From NCBI GenBank assembly GCA_963785305.1, contig CAWAUV010000005.1:576001-640000 (forward strand): a stretch of 64,000 nt of DNA. Reading direction: 5' to 3'. The stretch's first letter is position 1. Each line of letters opens with the position of its first letter. The notes below the pieces were generated by a model. The model was not told where the DNA came from. It ran no database searches and saw only the letters and a list, made by a program, of their open reading frames with translations. The DNA is from an uncultured Planctomycetaceae bacterium (lineage in GTDB: Bacteria > Planctomycetota > Planctomycetia > Pirellulales > PALSA-1355). A program made the position numbers and the translations under genes. Positions 20,352 through 31,610 of the stretch are shown in pieces.

Positions 20352-23300
20352 GTTTCAATCCACGCGGCCCGTGTGGGCCGCGACCACGTCACCCGAAAAT
20401 CCCTTGGGGAGCTCTTCGAGTTTCAATCCACGCGGCCCGTGTGGGCCGCGACTGTCGACGCGCGGCGGGCGCTCGCGGCCGCGGAGTTTCAATCCACGCG
20501 GCCCGTGTGGGCCGCGACAGCGTGACCCGATAAATGCCCGGCATCGTAAAAAGTTTCAATCCACGCGGCCCGTGTGGGCCGCGACGAGCGGATCATCGAC
20601 GCGATCAAGGTCGAGTTCGAGGTTTCAATCCACGCGGCCCGTGTGGGCCGCGACCCGCCGACGAGACCGCCGCCGAACCCCAAGCCGAGTTTCAATCCAC
20701 GCGGCCCGTGTGGGCCGCGACCCGACCAGGGCCTCAATATCCAGGGCGCGTACACGTTTCAATCCACGCGGCCCGTGTGGGCCGCGACGTTCGCTCGGCG
20801 CGGCATCCATCGAGCAGTTCGGCGTTTCAATCCACGCGGCCCGTGTGGGCCGCGACGTTGGTTCCGACCAGCACTTCGCCGGGCTGGTCGCGTTTCAATC
20901 CACGCGGCCCGTGTGGGCCGCGACTCCACGCCGAACCACTGATAACGCGCATAGAAAGTTTCAATCCACGCGGCCCGTGTGGGCCGCGACCGACGGCAGC
21001 CGGCGTCAGGCCGGCGAGATGCGCGTTTCAATCCACGCGGCCCGTGTGGGCCGCGACCGCCGTCGACGCGGGCGGCGCGGCCGCGATGGATGTTTCAATC
21101 CACGCGGCCCGTGTGGGCCGCGACCATCAGGACCGCGATGTTTCTCCTCGGCTGCGCGTTTCAATCCACGCGGCCCGTGTGGGCCGCGACCGTAGGTCAC
21201 TCCGCCCACGATCGCGCACACATAGTTTCAATCCACGCGGCCCGTGTGGGCCGCGACACCAACACACCTAAGTACCCGGGGATAATCACATGTTTCAATC
21301 CACGCGGCCCGTGTGGGCCGCGACGTCAGGATGCCACCAGGCGCCGAGCCATTGCCAATGTTTCAATCCACGCGGCCCGTGTGGGCCGCGACGATCGCCC
21401 GGATGCCGAAGCAGCCCAGCTCGTCGCGTTTCAATCCACGCGGCCCGTGTGGGCCGCGACGAGATATCCAGCGCGTTGCGATATCGCCGCAAATGTTTCA
21501 ATCCACGCGGCCCGTGTGGGCCGCGACGCCAGTCCCGCGATAATCGCTTGGATTTCCGCCAGTTTCAATCCACGCGGCCCGTGTGGGCCGCGACCCCAAG
21601 GCCGACAAGCGGTTGCCGGCGAAGAAAGGTTTCAATCCACGCGGCCCGTGTGGGCCGCGACGCCCATCGGCCGCGTTTCTCCATCTGCGCGACGGGTTTC
21701 AATCCACGCGGCCCGTGTGGGCCGCGACTCGCCGCGGCATCCTGGGCCACTACGTAGATGTGAGTTTCAATCCACGCGGCCCGTGTGGGCCGCGACGCCG
21801 CGAAGTTCATGCCTCAGCCCCCACAGCCAGAGTTTCAATCCACGCGGCCCGTGTGGGCCGCGACGCGATACAATCCCGCCGAGGAGGCAATCAACTGGTT
21901 TCAATCCACGCGGCCCGTGTGGGCCGCGACGCGAGCGATCAAAGCCAAGGAAACCCGAGGACTCGTTTCAATCCACGCGGCCCGTGTGGGCCGCGACGTC
22001 GCGGCCCTCAATGGCCCGGCGCCCGTGGCCTCGTTTCAATCCACGCGGCCCGTGTGGGCCGCGACCTCGCGAGCCGGCGCACATGCGATGCGCCTCGACG
22101 TTTCAATCCACGCGGCCCGTGTGGGCCGCGACTGCGCGCCGATCGCGGATTGCCGTGGCTGTTCGACGTTTCAATCCACGCGGCCCGTGTGGGCCGCGAC
22201 CGCGTACTACTTGCGCCCGATGGCGGCACTGAACCGTTTCAATCCACGCGGCCCGTGTGGGCCGCGACCTCATAGCGTTCTTGCGATATATCACTGGTTG
22301 ATGTTTCAATCCACGCGGCCCGTGTGGGCCGCGACGCCATGGAGTGGTCGTAGTGACCCCGCAGCACGCGTTTCAATCCACGCGGCCCGTGTGGGCCGCG
22401 ACGTCATTCCCAACTGATCTATTCAGCGACCATAGCTGTTTCAATCCACGCGGCCCGTGTGGGCCGCGACCCTCGTTCGTCTCGGCCATGTCAATCTCCG
22501 TGATCCGTTTCAATCCACGCGGCCCGTGTGGGCCGCGACCGGCCATCATTTCGGCATGGGCAACCGATGCCGCGTTTCAATCCACGCGGCCCGTGTGGGC
22601 CGCGACGGTCAGCAGCAAATCCGAGCGCAGTAGCCAAGCCAGTTTCAATCCACGCGGCCCGTGTGGGCCGCGACCCGAAAAGGCATATTCAAACGGTCGA
22701 TCGGCAGGTTTCAATCCACGCGGCCCGTGTGGGCCGCGACCAGATCAGCACGGATGGCTTTGCCGCGTACCCTGTTTCAATCCACGCGGCCCGTGTGGGC
22801 CGCGACGCTGGATGGATAGCTCGGATCGAACGTCACGAAATGTTTCAATCCACGCGGCCCGTGTGGGCCGCGACTTCCGGCTACGCCCCGGTCTACAACT
22901 CGCGCAGTGTTTCAATCCACGCGGCCCGTGTGGGCCGCGACGCGCCGCGCGGAACTGCATCTATTGGGCCGCCGAGTGTTTCAATCCACGCGGCCCGTGT
23001 GGGCCGCGACCCTGAGCATCAAAATGATCGCGAACGCCTCGGCGTTTCAATCCACGCGGCCCGTGTGGGCCGCGACGGCTCGCGATCGCGACTGCCTCGC
23101 ACGCGTCGAGCGTTTCAATCCACGCGGCCCGTGTGGGCCGCGACGGCCGACCTTGTTACGTCGTGACCACGAAAGCTGTTTCAATCCACGCGGCCCGTGT
23201 GGGCCGCGACGTCAGGCGGACCGCCCTGGCCGGTCGTCCCAGAGTTTCAATCCACGCGGCCCGTGTGGGCCGCGACCAGATAATTTCGCTGTGGAATGCG

Positions 23301-25507
23301 TTCTCTGAGAGTTTCAATCCACGCGGCCCGTGTGGGCCGCGACGTGAAGCAGATTCCCGCGAGCAGCGAAACGCAATTGTTTCAATCCACGCGGCCCGTG
23401 TGGGCCGCGACGAGCGTAATCGGCGGAAGGGCGGCGGCATGACCAAGTTTCAATCCACGCGGCCCGTGTGGGCCGCGACACCCGGACAAGTTGATGGCCT
23501 GCATCAAGCATGGTGTTTCAATCCACGCGGCCCGTGTGGGCCGCGACCCGGCGCAGTCCGTGCGAGCCATTGACGCCGCACGCGTTTCAATCCACGCGGC
23601 CCGTGTGGGCCGCGACGCCAAGGGACGCGTAATAGCTGTCGTCGATTTCGTTGTTTCAATCCACGCGGCCCGTGTGGGCCGCGACGCGGTCTCGAAAGGT
23701 GGCTCGGAATGCACGACGATGTTTCAATCCACGCGGCCCGTGTGGGCCGCGACCTCGTCGCGATCAAGGCAGGCTTGCTGTTTTTAGAGGTTTCAATCCA
23801 CGCGGCCCGTGTGGGCCGCGACCCCATGACGATCACGCAAGGACTGGTTGCGTATTTGTTTCAATCCACGCGGCCCGTGTGGGCCGCGACCGGATAAGGT
23901 CGACGCCGGCATCATGGACATCCTGTTTCAATCCACGCGGCCCGTGTGGGCCGCGACTGGCTCGATCCAGGTTTCCTTGCCCTTTTTCTTTGTTTCAATC
24001 CACGCGGCCCGTGTGGGCCGCGACTCTTGATTCGAGCCATTGCTTACCTTTCCACAACTGTTTCAATCCACGCGGCCCGTGTGGGCCGCGACCTCCGCGG
24101 CGGGATTGTATCGCGGCTGCGCTGGAGTTTCAATCCACGCGGCCCGTGTGGGCCGCGACACTCGATTGCCGAGCAGTACGCCTAGCCTGGCGGGTTTCAA
24201 TCCACGCGGCCCGTGTGGGCCGCGACCACGACGCCCACGTAGCCGTCCATGTCGATGATCGTTTCAATCCACGCGGCCCGTGTGGGCCGCGACATGAGCG
24301 CGACGGCTTCTCGTTCGGTGAGCATGTGTTTCAATCCACGCGGCCCGTGTGGGCCGCGACCGCACGGACGATAGATCGAGTCCCTGGACCATGACGTTTC
24401 AATCCACGCGGCCCGTGTGGGCCGCGACCGTGCGATTTGCACAGTTGTTGGAGTTCGGCGAAGTTTCAATCCACGCGGCCCGTGTGGGCCGCGACCGCCA
24501 TGGAGTGGTCGTAGTGACCCCGCAGCACGCGTTTCAATCCACGCGGCCCGTGTGGGCCGCGACCTCGGCAATCGAGTCCAGGTAATCAGCTGCGCCGGTG
24601 TTTCAATCCACGCGGCCCGTGTGGGCCGCGACGCGGCGATGCGATCTCGCTTGAGTTGCGCGACGATGGTTTCAATCCACGCGGCCCGTGTGGGCCGCGA
24701 CAGTGGAGCGAACACGATTTCATCGCGAGCGACAAGTTTCAATCCACGCGGCCCGTGTGGGCCGCGACAGGTGGATCGGTCTCGAAACCTGACTTGCGCA
24801 GTTTCAATCCACGCGGCCCGTGTGGGCCGCGACACTCGCTCTCGCACGCGGTCGCGAAGCCTCTCGCAGTTTCAATCCACGCGGCCCGTGTGGGCCGCGA
24901 CCCTCGCGAGCCGGCGCACATGCGATGCGCCTCGACGTTTCAATCCACGCGGCCCGTGTGGGCCGCGACAGCGTATTTTCAGCCGGTGTCCATCGCGGTC
25001 GGTGTTTCAATCCACGCGGCCCGTGTGGGCCGCGACAATAGCGGAGCGGCGAGGCGTCGAACATGCAGAGCGTTTCAATCCACGCGGCCCGTGTGGGCCG
25101 CGACGCAGCATGAGCCTGGCTGCGATGCTGCGCTGGGTGTTTCAATCCACGCGGCCCGTGTGGGCCGCGACCTGCGGCAGAGCGAGATCGCCGCCGCGCG
25201 GATACCGTTTCAATCCACGCGGCCCGTGTGGGCCGCGACACGGCAGTATAGTCGTCAATCCGGCCGACATCGCGTTTCAATCCACGCGGCCCGTGTGGGC
25301 CGCGACCCCATGGAACACCGGAGTCTGCCGCGTCGGAAAGTTTCAATCCACGCGGCCCGTGTGGGCCGCGACGCACGGCGCTTTTACTCACGGCGAGATT
25401 GATCGCGTTTCAATCCACGCGGCCCGTGTGGGCCGCGACTGCCGGACGACTGGATGCGCCACTCGATATCCGCAGTTTCAATCCACGCGGCCCGTGTGGG
25501 CCGCGAC
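20352..25507 (-). CRISPR. Type I-C-like CRISPR array, 77 repeats and 76 spacers (hand count)
   Basis: 33-nt repeat GTCGCGGCCCACACGGGCCGCGTGGATTGAAAC (minus strand) with an 8-bp stem; spacers about 32-36 nt; a GCGAC remnant ending at 20318 may mark a decayed trailer repeat. Confidence 0.99.
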
Positions 25508-25705
25508 GGTCTTGTTGTAACTTGTTGCCCCGCAAGGAGCAAATTACAACAACCCGCGAACCGTCGACATTTTCAGATGTCGATGTCGGCTCATACAACG
25601 TCCAAATTGCCAAAGAGCTAGCCGCATATGGCTTTGCGGCGTTCGCGAACCTGCCCGGTTTTTCGCCGGCGCTTCATGTCCGCGATCGGTCAGAAACCCG
25701 GCGAA
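25508..25705 (-). promoter_or_regulatory. CRISPR leader
   Basis: Non-coding gap between cas2 and the first repeat, more AT-rich, with inverted repeat TTGTTGTAA...TTACAACAA. Confidence 0.75.
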
Positions 25706-25996
25706 TCACGCGATCAGCGGGCCGTCGATATCATACGACGCCTTGGCGCCCGCTTGCTCGACTCGGCGATGCCAATTGGCGCCCAAGTAATAGAACCGCA
25801 AGCTGTCCGTCGATTCGTCGATCAGCTCCACCAGTTGCAACCGGCACTCGGCCCACCGCGCCGGATCGACTTTCAGCTCGAACACGGAATTCTGCACCCG
25901 CTGGCCGAAATTCGAACAGGTCTTCGCTACCTGTCGCAGTCGACGGCGACCTTCCGGAGTCGTCGTGCTCACGTCGTAGGTCACCAAAACGTACAT
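25706..25996 (-). CDS. cas2: CRISPR-associated endonuclease Cas2
   Basis: [36 protein letters not shown]. Confidence 0.97.
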   Translation of the reverse strand: MYVLVTYDVSTTTPEGRRRLRQVAKTCSNFGQRVQNSVFELKVDPARWAECRLQLVELIDESTDSLRFYYLGANWHRRVEQAGAKASYDIDGPLIA

Positions 25997-26131
25997 CGAT
26001 TTTGCTCCCGCGCGGGGTTCTGTCCGAGAAGCGCCTGGGAGACGCGGACAGCCTTATTTTGCTTCGACCCGCATTGTTTGGTAGACGCGGCGCAAAATCG
26101 GGACAGTCCCCGCCGGACCTCGGACAGACTC

Positions 26132-27164
26132 CTAACGCCAAATAAAGGGCGGATACGCGTCGATATCGCCTCGCAGCCGTCGGGCCAGCAGCCGCGCCTG
26201 CACATGAACCAGCAAGCCGACCGTCACCTTTTCGCCTAGCTCCGGGTGCAATATCTCGTCTTGCTTCCGCTTCTGATACGCCACAAGCACGGTCTTGCGA
26301 GTCTGATCGTCCATCATCACACGCGCCAGATTCCGTCGTCGTGAATCCAGACGCCGCAACTTGCCGCCGGTTAATCAGCGACAGCGCCAGGCGATCGGCA
26401 AGGAACGGGCGAAACTCTTCCATCAGGTCCAGCGCCAAGCCGGGACGACCGGGCCGATCGCGATGCAGAAACCCAACCGCCGCGTCCAGCCCCACCGACT
26501 CACAGGCCGACCGCACATCATGCGCCAACATGCTGTATAGAAACGACAGCAACGAGTTGAATGGATCGAGCGGCGGCCGGCGGCTGCGGTTGCTGAACTT
26601 GAATTCGCGCGACTGGGGCGAAACGATCGTCGAAAAGCACTGGAAATAAGCGTCGGCCGAGCCCCCTTCAATTCCTCGCAACTGGTCGAGCGACTCGCAC
26701 CTGCGCGCTGCGTCGATGTCCTGAGCCAGACGAGTGATCGCTCCTTGCAAGTCGGCGGAAGTGCTCGCGGCGCCCGAGTCGTGCGCCGCCCGCAGCAGCA
26801 CCGATCGGGCATTGGCCAGCTTGGCGGCGATCATATTGCGAGCAATGCCGCACGAAGCCGCGAGGTCGTCGGCCGTGCGATATTGCGTGCGACGCAGCAG
26901 CACATTGCCGGGCGAGAAGCCAACCACCGCGGCGCGGAAGCGCCCGTTCGGATCGAGCAGCGAAACCGTCACATTGCGGGCGGCGCACGCGCCCAGCAGC
27001 GAGGGACTGAAGCCCACGCGGCCGAAACAGACCACGCCGTCGAGATTGTGCAATGGCACTTGCAGCCGGGTCTTTTTTTCCACTCGCACGGCAACTGTTT
27101 CGCCCCGCTTGGCCAGATAGGCGCCGTCGGTGGTGATGAACAGCGTGTTCAAGTGCTGCTTCAT
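26132..27164 (-). CDS. cas1: Type I-C Cas1 (frameshift near 26325)
   Basis: [60 protein letters not shown]. Confidence 0.95.
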
Positions 27165-27180
27165 GGGACGGGCTCGGGGT

Positions 27181-27920
27181 TCAAGGCACGACGATCGCAT
27201 CAGCCGCGACATCACTCGTCGGGCCGCTCGAAGTCAGAATGATGTTGAAAGGCCCGCTCGATGCGCGCCCGACGCCGGCCGCTCGCTCGGCGACTTGCGG
27301 CAAACAAAGCGGCAACAGCGAACACTGCTCGCACTTGGGTTCGCGGCGAGCCGATGGCGTCAGGCGAGAAGCGATTAGTTCGTGCAGCCGCGCCGCCGTG
27401 GCGATCGTCCGCTGCCTGAGCGACTGGTCGAATCGCACGTCGGTGCGCCGCCGCGGAGTTCCGTAGAACAGGGCGCCCGCGGGAATCCCCCGGCCGAGCA
27501 TCTCTTCCAGACACATGGCCTGGGCACACAATTGCACGCGATCGCTGTCGTCTTTCTTGGGTTTTCCCCGTTTGTACTCGACCGGCGTGACGGACCACTC
27601 GCCCATCGCCAGCCGATCGCCCCAGGGGCCGCGCTTGGCAAGGCGCCGACGGGCGATTTCATCGAGCGGCCGAAACTCGACGACGTCGGCCTTGCCGATG
27701 AGCCCGAGCGCGAACGAGCGAAGCGACAGCCCGCGGGCGACCCGGAGATCGCGTTCGCGCTTGCCGGTCTCTTGGTGGGCCTTGCGATGCAGGTGCTGCC
27801 CTTCGACAGTCAGTCGGTTCTCGGCCCATTGCTGCTCGATGTGAATAACGCGCACTGCCGCTCGCAAAACAGCAAGTGCTGCAAGGCGGAGATCGGCAGA
27901 AGGTCATCTTCGGAGAGCAT
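27181..27920 (-). CDS. cas4: Cas4 (frameshift near 27848)
   Basis: [67 protein letters not shown]. Confidence 0.95.
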
Positions 27921-27923
27921 TGT

Positions 27924-30197
27924 TCAAATTACCGCGCCGCCGTTTGCCAAGAATTCATTGCATTTCAATACGCCTGCCATGTACCCAAGAAAGTCCGGCT
28001 CGTACTCATTCTCCCAAAAATAAATTTCGCCCTTCTGGCTCTTGAGATGCAAAGGTTCCAGACGAAATCCCGAAAGCTTCGACGTCCAAATTTGCACGCT
28101 GCCTTGAAGCAGCATCCGAAAGCCGACTCGTTTTCCTTCGATCAATCGTTTTCTTAGCCTGCGATCGACTATCACAAGCCGAGTATCCGCATCGATAACC
28201 TTCCCTTGCTCTTTCACCTGCGGGTAATCGTTTGCTTCCTCAGCTTTGCTCAAATTGTCAGGTAGTACTCCGCCGAGACGATCGATCTCCGTTCGCATGG
28301 CTCTTGTCACGAGTTCGGTCGACGTGTCGCGATGGATCGCGCCACTATCAAAGAATTCGCGGACAATACCGGCCGTGACTTTTGCTGCTGGATGCTGCGA
28401 AATATTTAGGTCGCTCAGAGCAAAATCGTAAACAACACTGCCTCCTTGCGCATTATATTCGGAGTTGCGGTTGACTCGCCCCGCTGTCTGCAAAAGAGAC
28501 GCAACGCTAAACCGCTCGCGGAATCCACTGCGAAATGAGAAGTCGACCCCAGCTTCGACACAACTTGTTGCAACCAAGCTCCAGTCTGTTTCTTGCCGTA
28601 AGAGTCGGGCCTTGATACGCTTATAGACGCGCTCGCGATCACGTGGCGATAAGGCAGTCGAAAGATGCAGCACATCCAGGCCGGCGTTGCGCATCGTCCT
28701 GGCAACGACGGCAGCATTTTGGACGGTACTCAGAATGGCTAGCCGCGGTGACGGCGATGCGCATATCAACTTTAACAATGTCTGGACGTCGACGACATCA
28801 TGGCTTGCCGAACGAAACAAGATGCGGCGATTCTCGGCATTTCTTATCGTTGCTGATTGGTCGATAGGCAGTAGCTCAGGCACATTCACTTTCCGAGGAA
28901 CTATGCGGCGATCCTCCCAATATCTTGCCAACGATCCACTCGCGAAAACGAACCGACACTTCCAGTTATAGGCAAGCTCGCACATCCAGCGCCAGTTTTG
29001 GGGCAAAAGTCGCGAGGGAAGCGCGGCATGTGCTTCGTCCATAAAGATCGCGCTACCCGGCACGGCGTGGAACTTTCGCAGGCTTGCTGGGTCGTTCGCT
29101 GCCAGTGTCTCAAAAAAATTGACGGCGGTTGTAACAACGATGGGCGCATTCCAAAGGACGGCTAGGTCACGATCGGCTGGATCTTCGAAATCGGCGCGAT
29201 GATGATGTTCGACCACGACCCTGCTAGGTCGCTCACCTGGCAATACCAATGCTTTCCGCAGGACATTTGCCGTTTGCGTGAGAATGTTCGTGTAGGGCGC
29301 GATGATAATTAGGCGGCGCAGGTTCTCGTCGCGTGCGCGACGAAGGAGGTATGCCGTAACCGACGTGGTTTTTCCGAGGCCAACAGGCGCTTCGCATGCG
29401 ACGAGCGGATCATCGATTGGACTATTCAGGCACGACTCGAAAAACGCGGATCGTTGCTGATTGCGGACACGTTCGGCTTCCGTCTCGCCGGAACCAAACC
29501 CTTCCACATACCGGCGCAACGCGGCCAAACGTTCGGACCATCTGGGCTCGTTCGCTCGCGGCGGCAACGCCCCAGAATCAAAGAACGCGGTATCCGAGTG
29601 ATCGGCGTCAACCAGACATGAAAGAGCTAAACGGAGCGCAAGACCATGGAAAGGTCGCGCGCACTGCAAGGCGTAGTCGCCTAAGCAAACGTTGTGGTCT
29701 TGGACATACTGCCGCAATAACGCGTCAGTACGGGAAATCTGTTTCTCGTTTCTCTGTCGCTTCCGCCAATCATCACAAACCGCACGCCGCCCGCGAAGTT
29801 TGAGGCAGGAAACGCCTTTTCCAAAATGATCGTCCTTCCTCGGCAATCCTGGCGCATGATGAGCGCGAACCAGCCATGCTGCCGTCCAGCATCGAGCCTT
29901 GGTAAGGTGTGCCACGCCACCGTCGATGTGGTCCCAGACAAGCCGGCCGCCTGCAAATTGACCCAGAACCTTCTGAATGTCTGGATCGAGTTTTCCGAGA
30001 TCATGGAATATCGCAGCGGATGCGATTGCATCCAGCATGCCCGGCGGTGGATCAATTGCATACTCAAGCATTCTTCTACGCGCAATCGCGCGAGCCATCG
30101 TACACCGCTCTGATATGCCGCGGGTAAGGATCGCCGTTTGCGCCCGCGCTTGCGGCGAATGAGCCAACGGAGTCTGGATACTTGCATTCGCAGCCAC
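27924..30197 (-). CDS. cas3: Cas3 HD nuclease-helicase, divergent, located downstream of cas7
   Basis: AHS, HDLGK, DH, HH, LVDADHSDT; APVGLGKT, DEAH, QTAGRVNR. Confidence 0.9.
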   Translation of the reverse strand: MAANASIQTPLAHSPQARAQTAILTRGISERCTMARAIARRRMLEYAIDPPPGMLDAIASAAIFHDLGKLDPDIQKVLGQFAGGRLVWDHIDGGVAHLTKARCWTAAWLVRAHHAPGLPRKDDHFGKGVSCLKLRGRRAVCDDWRKRQRNEKQISRTDALLRQYVQDHNVCLGDYALQCARPFHGLALRLALSCLVDADHSDTAFFDSGALPPRANEPRWSERLAALRRYVEGFGSGETEAERVRNQQRSAFFESCLNSPIDDPLVACEAPVGLGKTTSVTAYLLRRARDENLRRLIIIAPYTNILTQTANVLRKALVLPGERPSRVVVEHHHRADFEDPADRDLAVLWNAPIVVTTAVNFFETLAANDPASLRKFHAVPGSAIFMDEAHAALPSRLLPQNWRWMCELAYNWKCRFVFASGSLARYWEDRRIVPRKVNVPELLPIDQSATIRNAENRRILFRSASHDVVDVQTLLKLICASPSPRLAILSTVQNAAVVARTMRNAGLDVLHLSTALSPRDRERVYKRIKARLLRQETDWSLVATSCVEAGVDFSFRSGFRERFSVASLLQTAGRVNRNSEYNAQGGSVVYDFALSDLNISQHPAAKVTAGIVREFFDSGAIHRDTSTELVTRAMRTEIDRLGGVLPDNLSKAEEANDYPQVKEQGKVIDADTRLVIVDRRLRKRLIEGKRVGFRMLLQGSVQIWTSKLSGFRLEPLHLKSQKGEIYFWENEYEPDFLGYMAGVLKCNEFLANGGAVI

Positions 30198-30201
30198 GAT
30201 T

Positions 30202-31123
30202 TCATTCCCATTGTTTCAGCGCACAGGTCTTCGAGGCTCTTCAACCGATTACGCACGGCCGCCGAGACGTTACCTTCACCTGGGATGTCATAGTCGGAGA
30301 TGGAGGTCGACGCCACATTGGGGTCGCCTTTTTTCGTGGGCGTCAACGCATCGAGGATGAGTGAATCCGGGCAGGAGCCAAGCGAAGAAGAGTGCTCGCC
30401 ATACCATGCATGGCGTATTTCTACGAACGGGCGAATCGCCGATGCGGTGTTGCGATACACATGCGGAACGAGGAACTTCATTACGTCAATATCCGTCGAC
30501 GAGCAGCCGCTCTTATGGGCCATCATCGGATTCACGAAAAACGGCATCGCGTAGACTGCGTGACGCACCACACGCCAACCCAACGGCGCCATGCCGCGGT
30601 CCTTACCCTCTTGAACCCCCGATTTATTCGTCGTCGTGATTCGTTCGACCTCAATGGGCGCAATACTGATACCGGGTCCGAACTGAACGGCGCCTGTGCT
30701 AATAAAATGATCCTTTTCTCCTGGCTTGAAATTCTTCCCCTTAATATCTTCTAGGAAAGTATTGCCAAACACACGGCCATCCCAATAAGCATCGGAAAAA
30801 TCGTGGGCTGTCATTTTGAAAATCGAGTCTCGATTTCGACCGCGCGATTCCAATATCTCAAACCGCCGGCCCTCTCCATTTGTTGAGATATCTAGCACTC
30901 GTTTTGCTTCTTGCCAGACCGGCCCGTCCTCGACGGCAATCAGATCGCGCAGTTTGCGTTTAAACGAAACCGGCGAAATTAACCCACGACCGTCGCTTTC
31001 CAGCGTCCGCGGTTCGCTTTCGGCGTCGGGGTCGCCATTCGGGTTGCTGTGGCGAACTTCGATAATCAATAACCCCGTGCCACGATTGAAGGTAGGTTTG
31101 GAATCGGATTTCTTTGCGCACAT
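30202..31123 (-). CDS. cas7: Cas7 (Csd2-like); true stop probably near 30202, read through because of an indel
   Basis: SNPNGDPD, SPVSFKRKLRD, YWDGRVFG, TGAVQFG. Confidence 0.88.
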
Positions 31124-31124
31124 A

Positions 31125-31610
31125 TTAGGTCTCCTCTTGTGGGGATTGCGGTGCCAATTCACTGTCCGTCAGATCGTCCTGCTCGTTGCGCGAAGGAATT
31201 CCCGCCATGTAGCCAAGAACTAGGCGGGCATGAAACAGGTCTGCATCTTGGCCTTCCGGTTCTGAAAGAAACTGGTCCAATTGCTTGGCAATCGGGCGGA
31301 CTTCGCGCGCCTGTCGAACGGCTTTGCGAATATCCCATCCACGCTGGATATCGAATGGATCCTTACTTTCAACGAGTTTGCCTACGCGATCGGGGTCGCG
31401 CGCAATTCTCATTGTCCATGCGAGATATGGAGACAATCGCTGACCCAACACCTCGATGGCACGCTTGGGAGACGCCTGCGCAATCGCAAACACCTGATTT
31501 CCGAGCAAGGTCGGTGGCACGTCGCCTTTCCTCACATCTGCACAATAGCCAACGTGGATCACATCTACAGCGGCTAAGAGCTGCCCGAGTTGGAACGCTT
31601 TGCTTTCCAT
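31125..31610 (-). CDS. cas11: Predicted internally initiated small subunit Cas11 (161 aa)
   Basis: In-frame ATG preceded by GGGAG (CTCGGGAGAATGAC-ATG), giving MESKAFQLGQLLAAVD. Confidence 0.6.
   Translation of the reverse strand: MESKAFQLGQLLAAVDVIHVGYCADVRKGDVPPTLLGNQVFAIAQASPKRAIEVLGQRLSPYLAWTMRIARDPDRVGKLVESKDPFDIQRGWDIRKAVRQAREVRPIAKQLDQFLSEPEGQDADLFHARLVLGYMAGIPSRNEQDDLTDSELAPQSPQEET

Noticed and set aside
20352..25507. Array spacers targeting the island or chromosome within this window
   Set aside because: Only short chance-level matches were seen by eye; a BLASTN-short of all 76 spacers is needed to exclude it.
20196..25520. Numerous ORFs with FQSTRPVWAAT, VSIHAARVGRD or FNPRGPCGPR repeats
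   Set aside because: Translations of the CRISPR repeats, not proteins.
25731..31162. Extended Cas1 (494 aa) and Cas7 (493 aa) suggesting extra domains
   Set aside because: The extensions are out-of-frame read-through into cas2 and cas3; the real Cas1 C-terminus (YPPFIWR) is in another frame.
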